A stretch of 64,000 nucleotides of DNA. Origin: Alphaproteobacteria bacterium (lineage in GTDB: Bacteria; Pseudomonadota; Alphaproteobacteria; VGDZ01). The stretch's first letter is position 1. Every line of letters begins with the position of its first letter. Location of the stretch: assembly GCA_016869515.1 (NCBI GenBank), contig VGDZ01000010.1, forward strand, positions 238-64,237. Reading direction: 5' to 3'. The position numbers and the translations under genes were made by a program. The notes below the pieces were generated by a model. It saw nothing but the letters and a program-made list of their open reading frames with translations, was not told the origin of the DNA and did not search any database. Shown piece after piece: positions 8,572 through 19,404 of this stretch.

Positions 8572-11500
8572 ATGGCGCATGCGGGCTTCGTCCATTTGCG
8601 GGTGCATTCGGCCTATTCGCTGGCCGAGGGCGCGATTCCGGTCAAGCCGTTGGCCGAGGCCGCGGCCAAGGCCGGCATGCCGGCGGTCGCGATCACCGAT
8701 ACCAACGCCATGTTCGGGGCGCTGGATTTCGCCGTGGCCGCGATCGAGGCCGGCGTCCAGCCGGTGATCGGCTGCCTGATCGCGCTCGAGCGCCAATCCG
8801 ACCAGAGCCGCGATCCGCGCCGGCCGCCGCCCGACGAGATCCTGCTCTTGGCGCAGAACGCCACCGGTTACGCCAATCTCTCGCAGCTCAGTTCCAAGGC
8901 CTTCCTCGACACGCCCGCGGGCCTGCAGCCGCAAATCGCCGCGGGCGATCTGGCGGCACATGCCGAGGGCCTGATCGCGTTCGCCGGCGGGCCGCGTTCG
9001 ACCCTGGCGCGGCTGCTGCGCGAGGGGCAGGGGCCGGCCGCCGCGGCGCATCTGACCGCGCTGGCCGGCATGTTTCCGGGGCGGCTCTATGTCGAGCTCA
9101 TGCGCCACGGCCTCGACGAAGAGGACCGCATCGAAGCGGCGCTGATCGACCTGGCCTATGCCCGCGATCTGCCGCTGGTGGCGACCAACGACGTGCACTT
9201 CCTCGGCCGCGACATGCACGAGGCGCATGATGCGCTGCTGTGCATCGCCCAGGGCCGCACCCTGGCCGACCAGGACCGCCGGCGCCTGACCGCCGAGCAT
9301 GGCTTCAAATCGGCCGAGGAGATGCGGGCGCTGTTCGCCGACCTGCCCGAAGCGATCGCCAACACGCTGGTGGTGGCGCGGCGCTGCGCCTTCGCGCCCA
9401 AAAAGCAAAAGCCGCTGCTGCCGGACTATCCCACCGCCGATGCCGCGGCCGAGTTGCGGCGCTGGGCGGGCGAGGGGCTGGCGCAACGCCTGGCGACCCA
9501 GGTCTTCCGGCCGGAGATGGACCGGGCCGCGCGCGAGGCCGCGGCCAAGCCCTATCGCGAGCGCCTAGCCTACGAGATCGACGTCATCCTACGGATGAAG
9601 TTCGAGGGCTACTTCCTGATCGTTTCCGACTTCGTGCAATGGGCCAAGGACAACGCCGTTCCGGTCGGGCCCGGGCGCGGCTCGGGCGCGGGTTCGGTCG
9701 TGGCCTGGGCGCTGGGCATCACCGGCCTCGACCCCTTGCGCTTCGGGCTGCTGTTCGAGCGCTTCCTCAATCCCGAGCGCGTGTCGATGCCGGATTTCGA
9801 CATCGACTTCTGCCAGGAGCGGCGCGATCGCGTCATCGATCATGTCCGCCGGCGCTACGGCGACGACCGCGTCGCCCACATCATCACCTTCCAGAAGCTG
9901 CAGGCCCGCGCCGCCATGCGCGATGTCGGCCGGGTGCTGGGCCTGCCCTACGGCCAGGTCGACCGCCTGGCCAAGCTGGTGCCGCAGAACGCCGATCCCT
10001 CCAAGCGCATCACCCTGGCCAAGGCGATCGAGCTGGAACCGCGGCTAGAGCAGGAGGCCGAGGCCGATCCGCAGGTGCGGCGGATGCTCGACATCGCGGT
10101 CAAGATCGAGGGCCTGTTCCGCAACGCCTCGACCCATGCCGCCGGCGTGGTGATCGGCGACCGGCCGCTGGTCGAACTGGTGCCGCTCTATCGCGATCCG
10201 CGCTCGCCGCTGCCGGCGACCCAGTTCGAGATGAAGATGGCCGAGGCCGCCGGCCTGGTGAAGTTCGACTTCCTCGGCCTCAAGACCCTGACCGTGCTGG
10301 AGCGCGCGCGGCGCATGCTGGCCGACCGCCTGCCGGAGTTGGATTGGGAGCGGGTGCCGCTCGACGACGCCAAGACCTACGACATGCTCGGCCGCGGCGA
10401 GGTGGTCGGCGTCTTCCAGCTCGAAGGCCAGGGCATGCGCGACACGGTGATCAAGCTGCGGCCCGACCGCATCGAGGACATCATCGCCGTGGTCGCGCTC
10501 TATCGGCCCGGGCCGATGGTCAACATCCCGCACTACATCGCCCGCAAGCACGGCCGCGAGAAGCCCGAATACCCCGCGCCCGAGCTGGCGCCGATCCTGG
10601 CCGAGACTTTCGGCGTCATCGTCTACCAAGAACAGGTGATGGAGGTGGCCAAGATCCTGGCCGGCTATTCGCTCGGCGGCGCCGACCTGCTGCGCCGCGC
10701 CATGGGCAAGAAGAACAAGGCCGAGATGGATGCCCAGCGCCAGGTGTTCGTCGAGGGCTGCACCGCGCGCGGCATCGCCAAGTCGAAGGCCGACGAGATC
10801 TTCGATCTGCTGGCGCGCTTCGCCGATTACGGCTTCAACAAGAGCCACGCCGCGGCCTATGCCGTGGTGTCCTATTGGACGGCGTGGCTCAAGGCCAATC
10901 ATCCGGTCGAGTTCCTGGCGTCGTCGATGTCGCTCGACATCCACGACACCGACAAGCTGGCGATGTTCCGCCAGGAGGCGCGGCGCATGGGGGTCGAGGT
11001 GCTGCCGCCCGACGTCAACCGCTCGCAGGCCGATTTCGCCACCGAAATCGGCGCTGACGGCAAGGGCGCGGTGCGCTACGCGCTGGCGGCGATCAAGGCG
11101 GTCGGGCGCGGGGCGATGGAGGCGCTGGTGGCCGAGCGCGCGCGCGGCGGGCCGTTCGCGGATCTGGCCGATTTCGCCGATCGGCTGGATCCGCACCAGG
11201 TCAACCGCCGCCAGCTCGAGAACTTGGTCCGCGCCGGCGCGCTCGATTCGCTCGAAGCCGATCGCGCCCGGCTGTTCGCCGGCATCGACATGCTGCTCAA
11301 GCGCGGCCAGTTGGCCAGCGCCGAACGCGCCTCCAACCAGGCGGCGCTGTTCGCCGGCGAGGCGGCCCGGCCGGCGCTGAATCTGCCGCCGGAGAAGCCC
11401 TGGTTGCCGATCGATCGGCTCAATCACGAGCGCGAGGCGGTGGGGTTCTATTTCTCCAGCCACCCGCTCGACGCCTATGGCCAGGCGCTGGAGCGGCTGG

Positions 11501-12030
11501 GCGCCCGCAAGGCGGTCGACATCGCGCGGCTGACCGCGCGCGGGGCGCGCAACCTGACATTGGCCGGAACCGTCCTGGCGTCGCGCATCCGGCCGACCAC
11601 GCGCGGCACGCCGATGGCCTTCGTCCAGCTTTCCGATCAGACCGGGCCGTTTGAAGTGACGCTGTTCTCGGAGGTGCTGGCGGAATCGCGCGATCTGCTG
11701 CAGGCCGGCCAGGCGGTTTTGGTGACGGTCGAGGCCGGGTTGAAGGACGGGACGCCGCGGCTGACGGCCAAGCGCCTCGAACCCCTCGACCGCGCGGCCG
11801 CGCGCAGCGATGTCGGTTTCAACATCTTCCTGGCCGATGCCGCGCCGCTGCCGGCGATCCGCAAATTGCTGGAGCGAGCCGGCCGCGGACGCGGTCAGGT
11901 CCGCTTCACGCTGATGATGGAGGACGGAAAGGAAGCCGAGTACGTGCTTTCACGCGCGTACGCCTTGGGACCGGCCGTGCGCGGTGCCATCAAGGCCGAG
12001 AAGGGCGTAGTCGATTTGCGCGAGTTTTGA
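8572..12030 (+). CDS. dnaE: DNA polymerase III alpha subunit
   Basis: PHP HLRVHSAYS, GPGRGSGAGS, SMPDFDIDF, YGFNKSHA, C-terminal OB fold; no intein-sized insertion. Confidence 0.98.
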   Translation: MAHAGFVHLRVHSAYSLAEGAIPVKPLAEAAAKAGMPAVAITDTNAMFGALDFAVAAIEAGVQPVIGCLIALERQSDQSRDPRRPPPDEILLLAQNATGYANLSQLSSKAFLDTPAGLQPQIAAGDLAAHAEGLIAFAGGPRSTLARLLREGQGPAAAAHLTALAGMFPGRLYVELMRHGLDEEDRIEAALIDLAYARDLPLVATNDVHFLGRDMHEAHDALLCIAQGRTLADQDRRRLTAEHGFKSAEEMRALFADLPEAIANTLVVARRCAFAPKKQKPLLPDYPTADAAAELRRWAGEGLAQRLATQVFRPEMDRAAREAAAKPYRERLAYEIDVILRMKFEGYFLIVSDFVQWAKDNAVPVGPGRGSGAGSVVAWALGITGLDPLRFGLLFERFLNPERVSMPDFDIDFCQERRDRVIDHVRRRYGDDRVAHIITFQKLQARAAMRDVGRVLGLPYGQVDRLAKLVPQNADPSKRITLAKAIELEPRLEQEAEADPQVRRMLDIAVKIEGLFRNASTHAAGVVIGDRPLVELVPLYRDPRSPLPATQFEMKMAEAAGLVKFDFLGLKTLTVLERARRMLADRLPELDWERVPLDDAKTYDMLGRGEVVGVFQLEGQGMRDTVIKLRPDRIEDIIAVVALYRPGPMVNIPHYIARKHGREKPEYPAPELAPILAETFGVIVYQEQVMEVAKILAGYSLGGADLLRRAMGKKNKAEMDAQRQVFVEGCTARGIAKSKADEIFDLLARFADYGFNKSHAAAYAVVSYWTAWLKANHPVEFLASSMSLDIHDTDKLAMFRQEARRMGVEVLPPDVNRSQADFATEIGADGKGAVRYALAAIKAVGRGAMEALVAERARGGPFADLADFADRLDPHQVNRRQLENLVRAGALDSLEADRARLFAGIDMLLKRGQLASAERASNQAALFAGEAARPALNLPPEKPWLPIDRLNHEREAVGFYFSSHPLDAYGQALERLGARKAVDIARLTARGARNLTLAGTVLASRIRPTTRGTPMAFVQLSDQTGPFEVTLFSEVLAESRDLLQAGQAVLVTVEAGLKDGTPRLTAKRLEPLDRAAARSDVGFNIFLADAAPLPAIRKLLERAGRGRGQVRFTLMMEDGKEAEYVLSRAYALGPAVRGAIKAEKGVVDLREF

Positions 12031-12140
12031 TCCGAGCTACGGGTAAATCACCTTGCACGCCCTGGTGGTTTCAATTACAACCGCGTGGTTGCCGAGCATC
12101 TGGAGTCGGGTCTAAGCCCCGGGGCGGGAGAGGGTCGGCT

Positions 12141-13364
12141 GTGACTGATATCTGGCGTGACGCTTCGATCTTGACCTTGGGCGTAGGGCCCGACGAGGTC
12201 GCCAATCTGAGATTTTCGGGATTCATGTCGGTCGCGGTCGGCGACCAGGAATCCGATTTGCGCCTGGCGCTGGGGCGCGCGCGTCCGGCGCTGGCGATCG
12301 TCGATCTGCGTCACGCCAAGGGCTTGGCTTGGCTCAAGGAGATTGCCGGGCTGCGCGGCGATCACAGCATGGCAGTGATCGCCTGGACGGCGCTGGCACC
12401 GGGGGGCGAGATCGAATCCGGCTGGACCGACGCCGTGGTGCGGGCCGACGATCCGATCCGCAGCCGCGCCGACGTGCTGCGCCTGGCGGCCGAGATCGGC
12501 GTGCTGCGGCGGCAACTCGCGGTCAAGGGTGCCGAGGATTCGGCGGCGGTGCGCGAGCGCATCGACCGGCTGCGCGAAGGCCTCGGGCTGTTGCAGACCG
12601 CGCACGACCGGCTGGTGCGCGAACTGGCCGATGCCCATGAGCGCGAACGCCGCTCGGCCGAAGTGCCGGCGGCGATCGTCCACGAATTCCGTTCGCCGCT
12701 CAACGCCATCTCGGGTTTTGCCGAGATCATGTCGAGCGAGACCTACGGTCCGCTGGGCGACCGGCGCTATCTCGACTATGCCAACAGCATCGTCGAGGCC
12801 TCGCGGCATTTGATGCGGGTGACCAACGATCTGCTCGATCTCTATTCGGCCCAGGCCGGGCAGATGGCGACCGAGATCGCCACGGTCGATCTGGCCGACG
12901 TGATCGACGACGTGACGCGGATGTTCGAGATCCAGGCCCAGAAGGGCAAGCTGCGGATGACCCGGGTGGTGCCGCCCGGGCTCAAGACCATCCAGACCGA
13001 TCCCGGCCGGCTGAAACAGATCCTGGTCAATCTGGTCGGCAATGCGGTCAAGTTCACGCCCTCGGGTGGATCGATCACCTTGCGCGCCGAATCGCCCGAG
13101 CGCGGCTCGGTGGCGGTGATCGTGGCCGACACCGGTCCGGGCATTCCGGCCGAGGACATCGGCCGGGTGATGCAGCCCTTCGGCCGCGGCAAGGGCCGGC
13201 GCGAGGGCCAGGGCACCGGGCTTGGCCTGCCGGTCTCCAAGCGCCTGGCACGCGTGCTGGGCGGCGATCTCGAACTCAAGAGCCAGGCTGGTGCCGGCAC
13301 CACCGCCATCGTCCGCCTGCCGATCAAGCCGCGACCCCAGCGCCCGACTCGCAACGCCGCCTGA
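12141..13364 (+). CDS. Cytoplasmic histidine kinase, PleC/DivJ-like HisKA with N-terminal receiver-like domain
   Basis: GTG start after GGGAGAGG; HEFRSPLNAISGFAEIM..E.YGPLG..RY; NLVGNAVKFT, DTGPGI, GTGLGL. Confidence 0.85.
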   Translation: MTDIWRDASILTLGVGPDEVANLRFSGFMSVAVGDQESDLRLALGRARPALAIVDLRHAKGLAWLKEIAGLRGDHSMAVIAWTALAPGGEIESGWTDAVVRADDPIRSRADVLRLAAEIGVLRRQLAVKGAEDSAAVRERIDRLREGLGLLQTAHDRLVRELADAHERERRSAEVPAAIVHEFRSPLNAISGFAEIMSSETYGPLGDRRYLDYANSIVEASRHLMRVTNDLLDLYSAQAGQMATEIATVDLADVIDDVTRMFEIQAQKGKLRMTRVVPPGLKTIQTDPGRLKQILVNLVGNAVKFTPSGGSITLRAESPERGSVAVIVADTGPGIPAEDIGRVMQPFGRGKGRREGQGTGLGLPVSKRLARVLGGDLELKSQAGAGTTAIVRLPIKPRPQRPTRNAA

Positions 13365-13418
13365 TGGCTTGATTTTCCGCGCCGGGAGGGGTAGAAGCCC
13401 GGCGGTTCGCAACCCTAA

Positions 13419-13510
13419 CCCACACGCGGGGTCGCGCTCGCCCACCCGGGCGATCGCTCCGGTGTCCCGGTCAGACCGGGATGACATGCCCCGCGGCGGA
13501 ACAACCGGAA
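13419..13510 (+). promoter_or_regulatory. Structured rpsB 5' leader (putative S2 autoregulatory element, t44-like)
   Basis: CCACACGCGGGG...CCCCGCGGCGG closing stem with internal hairpins directly upstream of the rpsB RBS; TTGATT-N17-TAGAAG promoter-like sequence upstream. Confidence 0.6.
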
Positions 13511-13523
13511 AAGGAGACACGGC

Positions 13524-14315
13524 ATGTCCGTGATGCCCAGCTTTAGCATGCGCCAATTGCTCGAGGCCGGAGTCCATTTTGGCCATCAGACCCGGCGCTG
13601 GAATCCGCGCATGGCGCCGTTCCTCTACGGCGCGCGCAACAACATCCACATCATCGATTTGCAGCAGACCGTGCCGATGCTGCACCGGGCGCTCGACGAG
13701 CTGCGCAAGATCGTCTCGGCCGGCGGTCGCGTGCTGTTCGTCGGCACCAAGCGCCAGGCCTCGGACGCGGTGGCCGAGGCGGCCAAGCGCTGCGGCCAGT
13801 ACTACGTCAACCACCGCTGGCTGGGCGGCATGCTGACCAACTGGCAGACCATCTCGCAGTCGATCAAGCGGCTGCGCGCGCTCGACGAGCAGCTTACCGC
13901 CGAGCAGACCGGCCTGACCAAGAAGGAATTGCTGCAGCTGACCCGCGAGCGCGAAAAGCTCGACCGCGCGCTGGGCGGCATCAAGGACATGGGCGGCCTG
14001 CCCGACATGATGTTCGTGATCGACACCAACAAGGAAGCGATCGCCATCCAGGAAGCCTCGCGGCTGGGGATCCCGGTGGTGGCGGTGATCGATTCCAATT
14101 CCGATCCGGCCGGGGTGACCTATCCGATTCCGGGCAACGACGACGCGCTGCGGGCAGTGTCGCTGTATTGCGATCTGGTGGCGCGCGCGGTTCTGGCCGG
14201 CATCCAGGAAGAGGTAGCGCGTTCGGGCGGCGACCTCGGCGCGGCCGAGCAGGCCCCGGTCGAGGCGGTCGCCGAGGCGCCCGCGGCCGCGGCCGGCGAG
14301 CAGCCGGCGGCCTGA
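13524..14315 (+). CDS. rpsB: 30S ribosomal protein S2
   Basis: [32 protein letters not shown]. Confidence 0.99.
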   Translation: MSVMPSFSMRQLLEAGVHFGHQTRRWNPRMAPFLYGARNNIHIIDLQQTVPMLHRALDELRKIVSAGGRVLFVGTKRQASDAVAEAAKRCGQYYVNHRWLGGMLTNWQTISQSIKRLRALDEQLTAEQTGLTKKELLQLTREREKLDRALGGIKDMGGLPDMMFVIDTNKEAIAIQEASRLGIPVVAVIDSNSDPAGVTYPIPGNDDALRAVSLYCDLVARAVLAGIQEEVARSGGDLGAAEQAPVEAVAEAPAAAAGEQPAA

Positions 14316-14357
14316 GGCCGCGAACCGACAGTTCTTTCTCGAAACAAGGAGCGAGCC

Positions 14358-15281
14358 ATGGCTGAGATCACCGCGGCCCTGGTCAAGGACCTGCGCGACA
14401 AGACCGGCGCCGGCATGATGGACTGCAAGAAGGCGCTGGGCGAGACCGCCGGCGACCTGGAGAAGGCGATCGACTGGCTGCGCGCCAAGGGCCTGGCTTC
14501 GGCCGCCAAGAAGGCCGGGCGCGTCGCCGCCGACGGGCTGGTGGCGGTCAAGGTCGCCGGCACCAAGGGCGTGGTGCTGGAAGTCAACGCCGAGACCGAC
14601 TTCGTCGCCCGTGGCGATGCTTTCCAGAATTTCGTCCGCACCGCCGCCGAGTTGGCGTTGGGGGCGGGCGGCGATCTCGAGCGGCTCAAGGCCCTGGCCT
14701 ATCCCGGCAGCGGTCGCAACGTCGGCGACGAGCTGCAGCACCTGATCGGCAGCATCGGCGAGAACATGGCGCTGCGCCGGCTCGACCAGGTGACGGTCGG
14801 GCAGGGCGCGGTGGTGGGCTATGTCCACAACCAGGTCGCCCCCGGTCTGGGCAAGATCGGCGTGCTGGTCGGCCTGCAATCGGCCGCCGAGGCGGCCAAG
14901 CTGGAGGGCTTCGGCAAGCAGCTGGCGATGCACGTCGCCGCCGCCAATCCGCAGTCGCTCGACGTCAAGAGCCTGGATGCGGCCGCGGTCGAGCGCGAGC
15001 GCGCGCTGCTGGCCGAGCAGGCCAAGGATTCCGGCAAGCCGCCCGAGATCGTCGCCAAGATGGTCGAAGGCCGGCTGCGCAAGTTCTACCAGGATGTCGT
15101 GCTGCTGGAGCAGACCTTCGTCATCGACGGCGAAAGCCGCGTCGCCAAGGCGGTCGAGGCCGCGGCCAAGCAGGCCGGCCAGCCGATCGCGGTGGCCGGC
15201 TTCCGCCGCTTCGCCCTCGGCGAAGGCATCGAAAAGCGCAAGGAAGACTTCGCCGCCGAAGTCGCCGCCGCCGCGCGCTGA
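14358..15281 (+). CDS. tsf: Elongation factor Ts
   Basis: [26 protein letters not shown]. Confidence 0.99.
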   Translation: MAEITAALVKDLRDKTGAGMMDCKKALGETAGDLEKAIDWLRAKGLASAAKKAGRVAADGLVAVKVAGTKGVVLEVNAETDFVARGDAFQNFVRTAAELALGAGGDLERLKALAYPGSGRNVGDELQHLIGSIGENMALRRLDQVTVGQGAVVGYVHNQVAPGLGKIGVLVGLQSAAEAAKLEGFGKQLAMHVAAANPQSLDVKSLDAAAVERERALLAEQAKDSGKPPEIVAKMVEGRLRKFYQDVVLLEQTFVIDGESRVAKAVEAAAKQAGQPIAVAGFRRFALGEGIEKRKEDFAAEVAAAAR

Positions 15282-15307
15282 TCGGCTGCGCCGGTTCTGG
15301 AGCCGGG

Positions 15308-15356
15308 CGGTTTGGTCCTGAACCTTGCGGTTCAAGACCGATCGATCGTGCCCTAG
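15308..15356. repeat. Degenerate single copy of the 562-621 palindrome
   Basis: GGTCCTGAACC-TTGC-GGTTCAAGACCGATCGATCGTGCCCTAG resembles TGTCTTGAAC..GGTTCAAGACAGATTGATCATGCCCTA. Confidence 0.7.
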
Positions 15357-15413
15357 TCGTGCGGGGGCGGGTTGTGGCAGACTCCGGTCCCAACGAATCG
15401 TAGAGGCATGTCG

Positions 15414-16136
15414 ATGGCCAAGCCGGTCTATCGCCGGGTGATGCTCAAGATCTCGGGCGAGGCGCTGATGGGCGCGCAGGGCCACGGCATCGATCCCGGT
15501 ACCGTCGGCCGCATCGCCGCCGAGATCAAGGCGGTGGTCAAGCTGGGGGTCGAGGTCTGCGTCACCATCGGCGGCGGCAACGTCATCCGTGGCGTGGTCG
15601 CGGCCGGGCGCGGCATCGAGCGCGCCACCGCCGACTACATGGGCATGTTGGGCACGGTGATCAACGGGCTGGCGCTGCAGAGCGCGCTCGAGCGCGCCGG
15701 GGTCGACACCCGCGTCCAATCCGCCATCCGCATGGATGCGGTGTGCGAGCCCTTCATCCGCCGCCGTGCCCTGCGCCATATCGGCAAGCGGCGGGTGGTG
15801 ATTTTCGCCGGCGGCACCGGCAATCCTTTCTTCACCACCGACACCACCGCGGCGCTGCGGGCAGCCGAGATGAACTGCCAGGCGCTGCTCAAGGCCACCC
15901 AGGTCGACGGCGTCTATTCGGCCGATCCCAAGAAGGTGCGCGGCGCCAAGCGCTACGACCAGCTGAGCTACACCGAGGTGCTGGCGCGCGATCTCAAGGT
16001 GATGGACGGCGCCGCCATCGCGCTGATGCGCGAGAACCGCATCCCGATCGTGGTATTCTCCATCCATCAGGCCGGGGCTTTCGCCCGCGTCATGCGCGGC
16101 GAGGCGGTCTGCACCACCATCGCCGAGGAGGGTTGA
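15414..16136 (+). CDS. pyrH: Uridylate kinase
   Basis: [28 protein letters not shown]; alternative start at 15408. Confidence 0.98.
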   Translation: MAKPVYRRVMLKISGEALMGAQGHGIDPGTVGRIAAEIKAVVKLGVEVCVTIGGGNVIRGVVAAGRGIERATADYMGMLGTVINGLALQSALERAGVDTRVQSAIRMDAVCEPFIRRRALRHIGKRRVVIFAGGTGNPFFTTDTTAALRAAEMNCQALLKATQVDGVYSADPKKVRGAKRYDQLSYTEVLARDLKVMDGAAIALMRENRIPIVVFSIHQAGAFARVMRGEAVCTTIAEEG

Positions 16137-16138
16137 CC

Positions 16139-16699
16139 ATGGCGGAGTCGAGCGATCTCAGCGATCTGCGCAAGCGCATGGACGGCGCCATCGACACGCT
16201 GAAGAAGGAATTCGTCGGCCTGCGCACCGGCCGGGCGACGCCGGCGCTGCTCGAGCCGGTCAAGGTCTCGGCCTACGGCTCGGACATGCCGCTCAACCAG
16301 GTCGCCAACATCAACGTCGTCGATGCCCGCATGCTGTCGGTGCAGGTGTGGGACCGCTCGCTGGTGCAGGCGGTCGACAAGGCGATCCGCGGCGGCGGGC
16401 TCGGGCTCAATCCGGTGACCGAAGGCCAGACCGTGCGCGTGCCCTTGCCCGAGCTGACCCAGGAGCGGCGCAAGGAATTGTCCAAGTTGGCGCATAAATA
16501 CGCCGAGGCGGCGCGGGTGGCGGTGCGCAACGTCCGGCGCGACGGCATGGAACGCGTCAAGAAGCTGGAAAAGGACGGCAAGCTGTCGCAGGACGACGCC
16601 CGCAAGAAGCACGACGAAGTGCAGAAGATGACCGACGCCGAAATCAAGCGCGTCGACGAGGCGTTGGCGGCCAAGGAAAAGGACATCCTTCAGGTCTGA
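16139..16699 (+). CDS. frr: Ribosome recycling factor
   Basis: LRTGRA, PELTQERRKEL, AVRNVRRD. Confidence 0.98.
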   Translation: MAESSDLSDLRKRMDGAIDTLKKEFVGLRTGRATPALLEPVKVSAYGSDMPLNQVANINVVDARMLSVQVWDRSLVQAVDKAIRGGGLGLNPVTEGQTVRVPLPELTQERRKELSKLAHKYAEAARVAVRNVRRDGMERVKKLEKDGKLSQDDARKKHDEVQKMTDAEIKRVDEALAAKEKDILQV

Positions 16700-16716
16700 A
16701 CGATCCGGCTCCCGCG

Positions 16717-17445
16717 ATGCAGCCCGCACCGCAATCCGCCGCCGCGCCGCCATCGCCCGCCCATGTCGCCGTGATCATGGACGGCAACGGGCGCTGGGCC
16801 AAGGCGCGCGGACTGCCGCGTGTCGCCGGCCACAAGCGCGGTGCCGACGCGGTGCGGACCATCGTCGAGTCCTGCGCCGAGATGGGCATCCGCTATTTGA
16901 CGCTCTACGCCTTTTCGTCCGAGAACTGGAAGCGCCCGGCCGAGGAAGTCGACGATTTGATGGGGCTGCTGCGCATCCATCTCACCACCGAAATCGATCG
17001 CATGAGCCGCAACGGGGTGCGGCTGCGCTTCATCGGCGATCGGAAGCGGCTCGCGCCCGACATCGTGCGGCTGATCGGCGAAGCCGAAGCTCGTACGCGC
17101 GACAATCGGCGGCTGGATCTGGTGCTGGCGATCAATTACGGCGGCCATGACGAGATCCTGCGCGCGGCGCGGCGTCTGGCCGGCGAAGCTGCCGCCGGCC
17201 GGCTCGAGCCGGACGAAATCGACGAGGCGCGGTTTGCGGCCGCGCTCGACACCGCCGAGATCCCGCCGCCCGATCTCATCATCCGCACTTCGGGCGAGCA
17301 GCGGCTGTCCAATTTCCTGCTTTGGCAGGCGGCCTATGCCGAGTTGATCTTCACTTCGGTGCTGTGGCCGGACTTCAATCGCCAGTGCCTGGCCGATGCC
17401 GTCGCCGAATATCATCGCCGCGAACGGCGCTATGGCGGGAGCTGA
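16717..17445 (+). CDS. uppS: Undecaprenyl diphosphate synthase
   Basis: HVAVIMDGNGRWA, FSSENWKR, RTSGEQRLSNFLLWQ. Confidence 0.97.
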   Translation: MQPAPQSAAAPPSPAHVAVIMDGNGRWAKARGLPRVAGHKRGADAVRTIVESCAEMGIRYLTLYAFSSENWKRPAEEVDDLMGLLRIHLTTEIDRMSRNGVRLRFIGDRKRLAPDIVRLIGEAEARTRDNRRLDLVLAINYGGHDEILRAARRLAGEAAAGRLEPDEIDEARFAAALDTAEIPPPDLIIRTSGEQRLSNFLLWQAAYAELIFTSVLWPDFNRQCLADAVAEYHRRERRYGGS

Positions 17446-18211
17446 GTCCCGCGCCGCTCCGGGACGCGATTTCGGGCTGCGGCTGGCATCGGCGCTGGTG
17501 CTGGCGCCGGCGGCGCTGGGGTGCCTGTTCGCGGGCGGTTGGCTCTGGGGACTGCTGGTGGCGGTGGCGGGCGTGCTGATGGCCGGGGAGTGGCGGCGCC
17601 TGGTCGGCGCGCCGGCATGGTCCCAGGCGGCGACTGCGGTCCTGGCCGTGATCGTGGTTGCCCTAGGGGCAAGCCAATCCGTGATCGCGGTGACGGTCCT
17701 GGTCGCGATCGCGGCTGCGGTGATGGCGGTGTTGGCGAGCCCGGGCGCGGGCTTGGGCGCGCTCTATGTCGGCTTGCCGGTGGCGGCCTTGGCATGGCTG
17801 AGGACCGATCCCGTGCTTGGGCGCGATATCCTGCTGTTCGGCTTGGTGGCGGTGTGGGCGACCGATATCGGCGCCTATCTCGTCGGCCGCAGCGTCGGCG
17901 GCCCGAAACTTGCCCCCGGCATCAGCCCAGGCAAGACCTGGTCGGGCCTGGCCGGCGGCGTGGCTGCCGCGGCCGCGGTCGGCTGGCTGGCGCAGGACCA
18001 TCTCCCGCTCGAAAGATTGCCGCTGATCGGAGCCGGGCTGGCGCTGGTGGCGCAGGCCGGAGATCTGTTCAAGTCCGCCCTCAAGCGCCGGGCCGGAGTC
18101 AAGGACAGCGGAGCGCTGATCCCAGGCCATGGCGGCGTGATCGATCGGGTCGACGGCGTGGTGGCGATGGCCTTGGCGCTGGCGGCGGCGCGGCTTGGAG
18201 GCGCGTGGTGA
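17432..18211 (+). CDS. cdsA: Phosphatidate cytidylyltransferase
   Basis: [31 protein letters not shown]. Confidence 0.95.
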   Translation: MAGAESRAAPGRDFGLRLASALVLAPAALGCLFAGGWLWGLLVAVAGVLMAGEWRRLVGAPAWSQAATAVLAVIVVALGASQSVIAVTVLVAIAAAVMAVLASPGAGLGALYVGLPVAALAWLRTDPVLGRDILLFGLVAVWATDIGAYLVGRSVGGPKLAPGISPGKTWSGLAGGVAAAAAVGWLAQDHLPLERLPLIGAGLALVAQAGDLFKSALKRRAGVKDSGALIPGHGGVIDRVDGVVAMALALAAARLGGAW

Positions 18212-19401
18212 GCGGCGCGTCGACCATCGCGCTGGCGGCGCATCGTCGCCCGCGCCGGATCAGCATTCTGGGCGCGACCGGTTCGGTTGGACAGAGCACG
18301 ATTGATCTGCTTTCGCGCCATCCCGGCGCCTTTCAGGTCGAGGCGCTGACCGCGCAGCGCAATGTCGAGCGGCTGGCGGCGGATGCGCGGCGGCTGGGCG
18401 CGCGTTTCGCCGCCATCGGCGACGAGGCGCGCCACGCCGATCTCAAGGCGGCGCTGGCGGGCTCGGGTATCGAGGCGGGCGCCGGCCGCGCGGCATTGAT
18501 CGAAGCGGCGCGCCGCCCGGCCGATCTGACCATGGCGGCGATCGTGGGATATGCCGGGCTGGAGCCGACCATGGCGGCGATCGAGGCCGGGCGCATCGTC
18601 GCGCTGGCCAACAAGGAGACTTTGGTCGCCGCCGGACCGCTGGTGGTCGAACGGGTCAAGGCTTGCGGTGCCACGCTGTTGCCGGTCGATTCCGAGCACA
18701 ATGCCATCTTCCAGGTGTTCGATTTCGCGCGTGCCGAGCGGGTGTCGCGCATCCTCCTGACCGCCTCCGGCGGACCGTTCCGCGATGCGCCGGCCGAGGC
18801 GCTGGCGCGGGTCACGCCCGACCAGGCCATCGCCCATCCGGTGTGGTCGATGGGCGCCAAGATTTCGGTCGATTCCGCCACGCTGATGAACAAGGGCCTC
18901 GAGCTGATCGAGGCCGCCTGGCTGTTTCCGGTGCCCGAACCGCGGATCGAGGTGTTGATCCATCCGCAGTCGATCGTCCACAGCCTGGTCGAATACGTCG
19001 ATGGCTCGGTGCTGGCCCAGCTGGGCGCGCCCGACATGCGCACGCCGATCGCCTATGCGCTGGGATGGCCCGATCGCATCGCCGGCCCGGCGCCCAGGCT
19101 CGATCTGGCGGCGATCGGGCGGCTGACCTTCCAGGCTCCGGACGAGACGCGCTTTCCGGCGCTCAGGCTGGCGCGCCAGGCGCTGCGCGCGGGCGGGGCG
19201 GCGCCGGCGGTGCTGAACGCCGCCAACGAAGTCGCGGTCGAAGCCTTCTTGGGCGGCCGTATCGGCTTCCTCGACATCGCGGCCCTGGTCGCATCGGTGC
19301 TGGACGAGGGACCCGCAGGGCCGCTAACGTCGCTGGAATCGCTGCGTTCGGTCGACCGACGCGCGCGCGCGCGGGCGAACGAGCTGGCGCAAAAAAGGTA
19401 G
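18208..19401 (+). CDS. dxr: 1-deoxy-D-xylulose-5-phosphate reductoisomerase
   Basis: [37 protein letters not shown]. Confidence 0.98.
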   Translation: MSGASTIALAAHRRPRRISILGATGSVGQSTIDLLSRHPGAFQVEALTAQRNVERLAADARRLGARFAAIGDEARHADLKAALAGSGIEAGAGRAALIEAARRPADLTMAAIVGYAGLEPTMAAIEAGRIVALANKETLVAAGPLVVERVKACGATLLPVDSEHNAIFQVFDFARAERVSRILLTASGGPFRDAPAEALARVTPDQAIAHPVWSMGAKISVDSATLMNKGLELIEAAWLFPVPEPRIEVLIHPQSIVHSLVEYVDGSVLAQLGAPDMRTPIAYALGWPDRIAGPAPRLDLAAIGRLTFQAPDETRFPALRLARQALRAGGAAPAVLNAANEVAVEAFLGGRIGFLDIAALVASVLDEGPAGPLTSLESLRSVDRRARARANELAQKR

Positions 19402-19404
19402 GGT

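Noticed and set aside
8572-12030. Intein or split in dnaE
   Set aside because: Normal length, continuous motifs, no intein termini seen
12035-12135. Possible c-di-GMP-I (GEMM) riboswitch before the kinase (GGTAAA...GGGTCTAAG)
   Set aside because: Lacks the GAAA tetraloop and GACGCAAAG junction; more likely a promoter (TTGCAC-N17-TACAAC) plus UTR
12075-16067. 1330-aa minus-strand ORF (likewise 5210-8125, 22523-24460, 52679-55225, 56114-58486, 58627-61209, 59342-62326)
   Set aside because: Shadow or alternate-frame ORFs over clear genes; expected from high-GC codon bias; Arg/Gly/Ala-rich with no motifs
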